Below are positions 54,452-64,000 of a stretch of DNA of 64,000 bases, piece after piece (the first letter of the stretch is position 1; every line of letters begins with the position of its first letter). The stretch lies in assembly GCF_000315625.1 (NCBI RefSeq), contig NW_005434599.1, positions 68,846 through 132,845 of the forward strand. The letters are read 5' to 3'. The position numbers were made by a program, and so were the translations under genes. The notes below the pieces were generated by a model, which worked only from the letters and a program-made list of their open reading frames with translations, made no database searches and was not told where the DNA came from. Origin of the DNA: Guillardia theta CCMP2712. Its lineage: Eukaryota > Protista > Cryptophyta.

Positions 54452-54531
54452 AATGTGCAAATAGTTGTATAACATGTTACTTCCACGCGCATCGCCTCCT
54501 CCCTGTGCTCATCGCTCCCTCATCTCCCGAC

Positions 54532-55950
54532 TCACGCCTCCAACCTCCTTCGTCCGGCTGCTTCCCCAATCTCCTCTCCTGCCTCTCCGCCATCCCTCCC
54601 CTGCCTTCTCCCTGCCTTCGATCGCTTGCTCCTCAAGTACTGCCGCCGGCTCTCCAGTGCGAACTTGGTCCACTCTAGCTCGCGCTCCAGCTCCTCCTGG
54701 CTCTTGCTGAGCAGATCTTTGCTGACTTCTTCCTCTCTTCCCCTTCCTGCCTCTTGCAGGACCTTCTCCACCTCCCCATTACACGCCTCCAGCCCTTCCA
54801 CCTCCTCTGCCCCTGTGGCATGTGAACGATCAGCAGCACAATGGGGCTTTTCCACATCCTGCTCGCTGTCTGCTGAGTCGTCGGAGCTGCCGGCACCGAC
54901 TCGCTCGCCCTCTAGGGACGCTGTCTCATACTCCGACATGCTGGAATGTCCGATAAGCGAGTCTGCGCAGTAGAGCTCCTCCTGCCCGACCCCTAGACCA
55001 CCTGTTCCTGCACCCTCCGACTGCCTCCGTACCTCCTCCTCCTCCTCCTGGTTGGCAACGGGCGAAAGGGTTGCTCGTCCTGTCGCCGGGTCTGCAATGA
55101 GTAGGGAGCAGGGTGTATCGTCGTAGCTGCCATGGTTCTCATCATAGGCAACGTCAGAGGTTGCCTGCCAATCTTGAGAGGCGATGTGGTGTAAGTCTCG
55201 AGCTCTGCTCTCTGCCTGAACCAGGTTCTCGCTGCTGACGGAGAAATTGACCGCCTGCTGCTGACGGGCGGGGAGATCAGCGGTGGAGCAGGAGAAGTCA
55301 GACGCCATGGAGCGAACTGAACGGGCGCCCATGGAATTGTGGATAGACTCGTCGAAGCACTCAGAGAGTACGGAGATTCGCTCCACATCATCGTCACAGC
55401 GCCTCATAAACCTTGAGATCAGGTCGTCCTTGCCGCCGAACATGGCAGGGTTGCTTCCTATCCTCTTCATGATCTCGTCAAACTCCATGCAGACTGACGG
55501 CAGCAGCGAGTGAGTGAAGTACGCTCTCCTCATTACTGCCTGAGAGGAGAGGTCAATCCATCTTGTCAGGAGAGGCATATCCCCCCTGCTCTCTTACCCT
55601 CCTCCCAACTACATGTCACCCTCAAGTTCAATGAACCCCGCTTCTTGTCTTCTCCCCTCTCCTCTGTTCCCCTCTCTCCTGTCCTCCTCTCCACTCCTCT
55701 CTTTCTGTCCTGTCCTGTCCTGTCCTGTCCTGTCCTGTCCTGTCCTGTCCTGTCCTGTCCTGTCCTGTCCTGTCCTGTCCTGTCCTGTCCTGTCCTGTCC
55801 TGTCCTGTCCTGTCCTGTCCTGTCCTGTCCTGTCCTGTCCTGTCCTGTCCTGTCCTGTCCTGTCCTGTCCTGTCCTGTCCTGTCCTGTCCTCCCTGCTCC
55901 CTCCCATCGCGTACCTGTAATCTTTGCGCTGAAACATCCTTTCCCGCCAT
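54532..55950 (-). CDS. Acidic protein with degenerate IQ motif, IQCC-like (tentative)
   Basis: Exon 1 MAGKDVSAQRLQ splices over a (GACAG)n intron to AVMRRAYF...EFDEIMKRIG. The C-terminal part has ELEWTKFALESRRQYLRSK. Confidence 0.55.
55705..55890. repeat. (CTGTC)n pentamer microsatellite, intronic
   Basis: Perfect tandem run. Confidence 0.95.
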
Positions 55951-56151
55951 TTCAAAGTAGCTTTACCACCCCTACCCTGTCCATTTACCTACTACCCATT
56001 CATACCATCACCCACATTGAAGGTACCCATTATTTCAATATGAAATGAACCGGTGTAATCCACCTTCTGGTTCACCACTACCCCCATTTTGCGATCCGGT
56101 TGGGTTTCCTACCCCCCTGTCCAGAATTCAAAGGAGAGGCGGCGGGCGACA

Positions 56152-59100
56152 ATGCACGCCGATCCTACGAGGAGCGCAGCAATGAACAGCGCACGCAGTC
56201 CTCCTTCGCATCATCACTACTATGATCCTCCTCCCCATCATCTCTCCTCTCGCTCTCCTCCCTCCTCTGCTCCTCCTCCCTCCTCGGGGACAGAGGGCCG
56301 GGTTCAACCTCCCTCGTCAAAGGTCGGGTACCCTCAGACCTTCTCTCTCTCGAGCTCAGACTTGCAGGCTCGTCTGTCGTCCACACTGAAGATGAACGGG
56401 ACACTAGATGCACTCAAGGTGAGAGGCTGAATCCTCTTTCTCCTCCTCTCCCTGCCCAACAGCACAGACTTTTCCCTACTCCATACTCCCTCTCCCCGAC
56501 TCGCCTCCTCGCTCTCACCTCCCCTTCTCCCCTTCTCCTCTTCTCCTCTTCTCCTCTTCTCCTCTTCTTCTCCTCTTCTTTTCTTCTCTTGCTTCTCCGT
56601 CGTTTGCATCCTTCCCCTCTATCATAAACTGACAGCTTCATACCAGACACAACTGCGTGCAAAGTTCTTAGCAGAGCTGCGAGGAGGCTCCACTGGCAAT
56701 CGCCGCGTTCCAAACGCCGTAGAGCAGGCGGGCAACTTGCTGATCATGGACTACCTGCAGCAAGTCGGCTTCATGCACACAGCATCTGTGTTTGCACCTG
56801 AGAGCGGAATACAGCAGTACATCGGAGGAGGAGGAGGAGGAGGAGGAGGAGGAGGAGGAGGTAACAAGTTTGTGGAGTCATTCTTGGACCTGTTGCATCT
56901 TCATCCCGACAACAAACTCTACCAAGTGATCCAGCGGGCACCGCAAGACTCTTGTGCCTTGAGCACCCTCCTAGAACACATCATGCGCACTTCCATGCAG
57001 CCGCAGCACACGAGGAACGCGGACTGTCAGACGGTGACGATGGAGCTGGCCACGTTCGACAGAAAGATGGAGTTGATAAACGAAAGATATCGAGGGATGG
57101 CCAGCGAGAACGCACTGACGCCCCTCAAGACACTCGAGGAGAAGTTGGCAAAATTCCAGAAGGAGGCGGATGAGCGGGTGAAGGTTGAAGTAGAGGAAGC
57201 TGTTGCTCGGGTAAGCATTGCCTATCCCTCCTGCTCAGTCTCCCTCTCCCCTGCTGTAATCGTCTCCTTTTCCTCTCCTCTCCTCTCCTCTCCTCTCCTC
57301 TCCTCTCCTCTCCTCTCCTCTCCTCTCCTCTCCTCTCCTCTCCTCCTGTCTCCCTCTTCCTCGTCGTGATCTGACTGGTGTTGCTGCAGGTGAGGCAGGT
57401 CGAGATGAGCAAGATGCGGCTGGAGGAGCAGATGAAATACTCGCAGCTGCTGGAGCAAACCCGAGAAGACCTCGAGCACAACTACCAGAAGAAGTTGGAG
57501 AGCATGAGGACAAGGGAAGCTGAAACCAGCGCGAAGATGCTGCAGAAGGAGAAGGAGGTGGAGCAGCAGTTTTATCATCATCGGCAGAGGATGCTGGCGG
57601 ACCTGGAGGAGCTGAGGAGGAGGGAGGGAGAGCTCAGGAAGGAAGAGGAGTTCTCCAGAATGCGCATTGCAAAGAGCGAGAGCCGGTGCAAGGAGCTCGA
57701 GCATGCCCTTGAATTGAAGCTCGTAGAGGTTGAGAAGAAGAGGGTGGAGGAGGACAGGAGGAGAGATGAAAACGTTGCGCGGGAGAGGAGTGAGCTGAAG
57801 AAGAAGGCGGAGGAGGAGGAAAAGCGTCTAAGAGAGGGGAGGAAGGAGCTTGAGGAGCAGAAGCTGCAGCTGAAGATGGCGGAGGACGCGTTCGGAAGTG
57901 CCATGAACGAGGCGCGGCTGGCGCGAGAGGAATGTCTTGTGCTGCAGGCAGAGAACGAGAGCCTGACGAAGAAGCTTGAGAAGTCGCAGAGAGAGCTGAA
58001 GGAGCTGCAGGACTTCAACGTCGAGCTGCGCGAGCAGGTCAAGCAGAGGGAGGGCGAGTGCGAGAGGCTGCAGGAGAGGATGGCGGAGCTGCAGGTGGAG
58101 CAGGAGAGGAGGGGGGAGAGGAGCAGGACGACGAGCCAGAGCTACGAGGCCATCGGCAGCCAGCTGGAGGAGATGAGGTCTAGCTTCAGCCGCGAGAGGC
58201 TGCTGAAGGAAAAGCAGACTCTGCAGCTGGAAAACCAGCTGAAGTCGGCGAGGAGTGAGATCATCTCGCTGCAGCACCAGCTGTCGTCCCTCCAGAGGGA
58301 CAACGACGAGCTGAGCAGGTGCATGAGGGAGAAGGAGGAGGAGCTGATGGAAGGCAGGAGGGAGCTCGGGGAGAGCAGGGTGAGGATGAAGGTGATGGAG
58401 GAGGAGGTGAACGACTGCAAGAAGCTGCTGTGGCAGACGCAAGTGGCTCTCGATCGTGACCGGCAGAGAGTCTCCGACGCTGCTGCCGTTGAGAAGATGT
58501 TCGTGTCCTCCCACAGCCGCCTGCTCTCCTCCCCCCCGAGCCCTCCCACGGCAGCTCCCACCCTGGGAGGACGAGGAGGGAGGAAAGGGTCCAGCACGAG
58601 GAAAGTCAGAGCAGGGAGAGCGGAAGCAAGGAGGATGCGTGGGAGTTTGACATGAAAAGAATCCTCTCTGTCATCAACGACCTCGACCACGAGAACGACA
58701 TGCTGCGCAAGAACAGGGAGCGATACCTTGCGGAGAGGAGGAGAGAGAAAATGCTAAGGTCTTTTGAGGTACCGTACGCGGCTGCCCTCCTCTCGTGCTC
58801 ACTCAGTCGACAGGCCGCATCCTCCCAGCCGGGCAAGGGATGGACGGAGACGTCCAGGAGGAAGGAGGTGAAGGAAGAGGAAGAGGAGGCGAAGAGAGCG
58901 ACGCACAAGGTCAGCAGCCTCGTGAGGAACTGAGAGGATGTGAGAATCTGCTAGGTGAGGGCGACGAGGACAGAAAGCGAGAGGACGATGAGAGAAGACA
59001 AGGACGGCGAGGTCTTGACCTGCTGACGTGTAACTGCGATCTGAGAGTGTTGTCATGGGACAGGATCGCGGGCCATCTCTACATGTACAGGTGAGAGGAG

Positions 59101-61041
59101 GGAGAGGAGGGAGGGAGGGGGAGAGAGGAGGGAGGGAGAGAGAGAGAGAGCGAGGAGGAGGAGGAGGAGGAGGAGGAGGAGGAGAAGGAGGAGTCAGCTG
59201 GCAACGAAATTCAGTCTTGTTTCTCTGCAGGAAGGCGATCTGTCGATCGAAGAGATGGAGTTTTCAACTTCGTCTTCTCTAAGACAAGAAGACGGACAAT
59301 GGAAAATTCAGGTCAAAATCAACTTTTTCAGCTCTCTTCCTCCTTCTCTTCCTTGTTCTTGCCCTCCTCTCCTCGTTGTCATGCTGTCCTGCCTAGCTTT
59401 CCCCTCCTTCTCATCTGCCTCCAGGACAAGGGGTCAAGTCACCAGCTGGGGTCGACGACTGATGAGGAGGCGAGGTGGAAGGAGGAAGAGGCGAGGAAGA
59501 AAGCGGAAGAGGAAAAGGATGAAGCAAGAAAGGCAGCCGCAGCGGAGCAAGCAAAGCGCAAGGAGGAGGACGCGATCAGAGCAGCGGCTGCGGCGGCGGA
59601 GGAAGCGAGGAGGAAGGAGGAAGAGGCGACAAGAAAGGCAGCCGCAGCAGAGCAAGCAAAGCGCAAGGAGGAACAGCGGAAGAAGGAGGAGGAAGAAGCA
59701 AGGAAGAAGGAGGAGGCGGAAGAAGCAAGGAAGGAGGAAGAAGCAAAGAAGAAGGAGGAGGAAGAAGCAAGGAAGAAGGAGGCGGAAGAAGCAAGGAAGG
59801 AGGAGGAAGAAGCAAGGAAGAAGGAGGAGGCGGAAGAAGCAAGGAAGAAGGAGGAGGCGGAAGAAGCAAGGAGGAAGGAGGAGGCGGAAGAAGCAAGGAA
59901 GAAGGAGGAGGCGGAAGAAGCAAGGAGGAAGGAGGAAGAAGCAAGGAAGAAGGAGGAGGCGGAAGAAGCAAGGAAGAAGGAGGAGGCGGAAGAAGCAAGG
60001 AAGAAGGAGGAGGCGGAAGAAGCAAGGAAGAAGGAGGCGGAAGAAGCAAGGAAGAAGGAGGCGGAAGAAGCGAGGAAGAAGGAGGAGGCGGAAGAAGCAA
60101 GGAAGAAGGAAGAAGAAGCGAGGAAGGAGGAGGAAGAAGCAAGGAAGAAGAAGGAGGAGGAAGAAGCAAGGAAGAAGGAGGCGGAAGAAGCAAGGAAGAA
60201 GGAGGAAGAAGAAGCAAGGAAGAAGGAGGAGCGGAGGCAGCAGGAAGCGAGAAGGCTCGAAGAGGAGGAGGCGAGGAAGAAGGAGGAGGCTCGGCTAATC
60301 GCGATGGAGGTATGACTGTTGTTGACTCTTCACTTGCTTGCTCACTGTTGACCTCAGCGAGAGGCTGTCGAGGCGATGAAGCGCAAGGAGGAGGAGGAGG
60401 AGAAGGTCCGTCGGGAAAAGGAGCAGGTCAGGCACCGGCGGGATGTAGAGGAGCAGCTGGAAGACGCCAGGAAGCATCTTGCTGTGTTCGACTTGGTGCG
60501 AGCAGAGGAGGCTCTGCGTGAGGCGGAGTACCTCTGCAAGGATCATGGTCTTGAAGACGTCAGGACGCAGGTCGGGGTGCTAGAGGAGGAGCTGCGAGGG
60601 AAGAAGCGGAAGGCAGCAGAGGAGTCGGTCAGGTCCCTCTTGCAGAAGGCACGAGGGGAGTGGAAGGGATCGTCCTCCTCCAAGCCCGACTGGAAGCTCA
60701 AGTTTGCGAAAGCCCGTGACTTGCTGCAGGAAGCGAGAAAACTGATGAGGGGGAGCGGGGAGGAGGCTGAGATGGAGGAGGAGCTGAAGGAGGTCGAGGA
60801 GGAGATGGCGGCTGCGGAGAGGGAGGCAGAGGCAACCAGGGAGGAGAAGCCTGCCGGAGCTCAAGATGCCCTCAGCTTCTACATGAACTTCGTACCCAAG
60901 GAGGAGACCAAGAACGACTCGAGCGCGTCTGGGCAGGAGGAGACGATGGAGCCAACGTTCGAGCTGAGCGACAACAGCATCGAGGACGAGATTGTGTTCG
61001 AGGCTGAGGAGGAGGACGGGGACGACCTTGACGACTGGTGA
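56152..61041 (+). CDS. OFD1: OFD1-like centriolar protein (LisH + coiled coils) with a long E/K/A/R repeat; the 3' half could be a separate gene
   Basis: [18 protein letters not shown], Lis[36 protein letters not shown]...[10 protein letters not shown]...QRMLADLE, followed by spliced coiled-coil exons to DDLDDW*. Confidence 0.78.
59460..60300 (+). repeat. Coding minisatellite (~24-27 nt) encoding (KKEEAEEAR)n
   Basis: ORF 59299-60315 translation; almost purely purine on the + strand. Confidence 0.9.
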
Positions 61042-61151
61042 AGGTGGAGGAGGAGAAGAATGTAACTGTACATGAAACAAGTTGATGATGATAATGAAGT
61101 TTGCACGATTACACAGCAGTCTTATTTACACTAGTTTACATCTCATCTCGC

Positions 61152-62243
61152 CTATGCGTGCGGCGTGTTGGAGTGAGAGAGATCTTCAGGTCGAGGAGCA
61201 GACGCAAGGCCGTGAGACGACAGGTCGAGGCTGTCATCCACTGGCGACATGGCAGTCGCCGGCATCAGGCTGGAACCAGCCATGGAGGACGCGGGAAGAG
61301 GCTGGGAGGCCTTGCGGAAGTGGCTGAGAGAGTTCTTCATGCGGAGGATGAAGGCTGTGAGGATTCCAGACTCCCACATGGCAAGGCCGATCAAGTAGAC
61401 GTAATGGCAGATCATGGAGAAACACACGCGAGATTGGAGCGGGATCAAACTGCGAGCGCCAGGGTCAGCCATGTCGAGCTAGAGATTACGACAAGCTCAC
61501 CCGAAGAGGATGACGTTGAGAGGAGCCCACGTCTTCACCGTCACAGTCGTCAGCTGCAGCAGGTTCTTCTGCACCTTCTCTTGAATCGACTGGAGGCTCT
61601 TCCCTTCGAGGATCCCCATGACAAGCAGGAATCCCAGGCAGTAGAGGGGAGTGTACACGAGCGAGGACGTGAGGATCTGTCAAGAAGCAGAGATCAGCAC
61701 CGCATGCAACCTGAGCGATGGATGTCTCACCATGCCTGTGACCTTCAGCAGCGGAAGATGCGCCGGAGCAGCCGCCTCGATGAACCAGTACCACGCATGC
61801 GTCATGTACCCGTCGAGCAAGCCCATGGTCGCCCATCTCGCATAAATACGTTTCTTTGCCCATGGCCTGTGATTGAATGCATCGCTTGTCACCTTGCCAA
61901 GTAGGTAGAGAACCATTCCCGTCATAGCATCCATCACTTGCGGGTAGAGACCGAGATAATGTTGGTACAGCCTCAAGATCACAAAGGGGGCTGCGAGAGA
62001 AAGCTGAACCAAGGATGTGAACTGAGTCGGATTACGTCCGAAGAGATTCAGCTGCATCTGACTTCTCCTCAGAGATGGCGTCTGAAGCGCAACTTTCATG
62101 TTGTACACATTGCATACTCCGTGAGGTATTCTGAGGTTTGGCTGTTTCGCGCAGAAAGACGAAGAGAAAGAATAGACTTGAGGCAAGAAGCCAATCAAGA
62201 TGAGGGAAACCAGCACGCGCTCCGAGGTCGAAGATGAAGGCAT
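61152..62243 (-). CDS. Mpv17/PMP22-family membrane protein with bipartite (signal peptide + Phe-transit) presequence
   Basis: VLVSLILIGFLPQVYS|FSSSF and a Ser/basic transit-like region, then YLLGKVTS...RWATMGLLDGYMTHAWYWFIE, and later W..AQFDP..RV.F.M..YVYL motifs typical of Mpv17/PMP22. Confidence 0.8.
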
Positions 62244-64000
62244 GATCGAAGATTATGGAGTGTTGTGAGATGAGAGTCAAGAGGAAAGGGTGAGTACGAA
62301 AGGAAGTACGACAGGAAGTGAGGAAACGGGGAGAGCAGGTGAAGAGAGAGAAGGATAGGAAGGAAGTGCGAGGCTGGGAGGGGGAGGGGAAAGAAGAACT
62401 AGTTCGTGCCACAAGGAAGAAGCAGGAGGAACGGGAAGTAGTCAGTCAAGCGGGGGAGATGGGAGGGATCGCAGGGGTAGGCGTGGAGGAGGGAAACAGT
62501 GAGGAAAAAAGTGGGTGGGGGGTGGTGCTGATGACCCCCAAAGATAGGTTGAGATACAAGGTTGTTAATGAATGGGGGTAGGGGTGACTAGCTCTGGTAC
62601 TGAACTATAGGCTAGAATGGTACAAATTATCAGTTAATACAAATATTTTGGGGTGGTGTACTGCAGAGACTGTGATAAAGGGTGTTGGCTATACGAGAGT
62701 TGTGATGCGTACAGCAGTACAATAAGGGGTGGTATCTAGGGCCAAAACGTGCCCAAGGACGGGGTTAAATTTCAAACTGAAGTCAGAGGGGGGGGGGTGG
62801 GGTGGTTGGAGCGAGGGTAGGGAGGGAAGCGCCACAACGGACGATGAGCCCCCTACTGGTCAAATGCTTTGATGACGGTCAAACTTCTTATCTATTTGAC
62901 CACGGTCAAAACAAGGTCAAATTTCCCTATTAGGAGTGTAGTAGTAACTAACAGTTTGACCGCGGTCAAAATTGAGTCAGCTAAAATTTTGACCACAGGA
63001 AGGTTTATTGACGTTTGAGAATTCAATTTCAAATTTGTCTACCAGTTCCACTGTACCCACCCTGGTCCATCAGTACCCTACTTGTTTCATCTATTTGTAC
63101 CGGGTACTGGGGCCATCGATCCCTTCCCCACCCCCCTCGTTCATCGCCAACGGCAATACGTCTCTCTGGTTGCACCTGCACGACACTTGATGGCAACGGT
63201 CAGCCGCCTATTTCCGTCTGGGCTATACGCCCCCTGAGTGACGGGAGGAATTCAATTAAACATTAGAGTCCCGGGGCCGGCGACCGCGGCGGTGACTCGA
63301 CCGGGTACGGTCTCGGATCGGATCTCCCCGAGAGGCTCCCGGCGCAGCCCGGCCCGCCCGGCCGGCGGCCGGCCGCGGGCGGCGCGGCGCGGCTTACTCA
63401 GTTCACAACGGTCCGACTGCCAGGGCCGGGCGCTGAGCCGGGCTCCCGCGCGCCGGGCGCTGGCGCCCGGGCTGCCCTGGCACGGCCCGTGACTGCGGCG
63501 GCAGTCATGAGCTCACTGAGGCAGGCGTGGCCGCGCGGGAGCAACCTGATGAGGGGACAGCAAAGAGACATAGGTCCCAATTACTATCCAAAATTTGGAG
63601 ACCTCAAGAAACATTTACTTGACTAAAACTATAAGAACAATGAGTAAAACTTCTGGATTCTTTTGCGCGTGAGGATGACCAACCCCTACCCGTGCTTCTC
63701 ACCCACCACCCCCTTCTTTTTGACTACCCTACCCATAAATTATGACTGAAAATAGAGGAAAAGTGGGGTACAATGTTCACCCCACGGAGAGGCCGTACTA
63801 CCATCACCCACCAAGGCAAATCCGAGCTATGCAGCCGCCTGCGCAGGGAGGGAGGGAAGGGGAGGGGAGGGGAGTGAGAGGAAAGATGCTTTGAGAGAGA
63901 AGGTGCAGGTGATAATCTATAGCAGTGATGATGCAGCTCGCTGGGCTAGCATGGAGGATGGATCGAAATAGGATATAAAGAGGAAGAGGGAAACTGAAAT

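Overview
Eukaryotic, intron-rich nuclear DNA from a draft assembly with five N gaps. Short GT-AG introns, abundant microsatellites, flagellar/centriolar genes and a signal-peptide+Phe plastid presequence suggest an alga with a complex red plastid. It is most likely a cryptophyte such as Guillardia theta (inference, not a database result). About 22 protein-coding loci are present. Recognisable ones are an ABCC/MRP transporter, V-ATPase subunit D, HSBP1, ATG4, a UapA-like purine permease, a GT-A glycosyltransferase, prolyl 4-hydroxylase-ShK, KDSR, OFD1 and an Mpv17/PMP22 protein. Main observations: (1) a spliced gene joining a SufS-type cysteine desulfurase, an HMG-box-like linker and a TtcA-type tRNA thiolase in one polypeptide, the TtcA exon being absent from the ORF track; (2) a ~1.85 kb tandem array of an HTH-motif gene whose copies are each disabled differently and whose spacers are eroded by short GC-rich micro-insertions; (3) TACCCC/GGGGTA-rich tracts marking almost every divergent intergenic region; (4) an unnamed N-terminal domain shared by two coiled-coil genes; (5) a 1-nt frameshift in the ABCC gene and an AT-rich CDC7-like kinase fragment beside a gap. 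Exon boundaries were inferred by eye.
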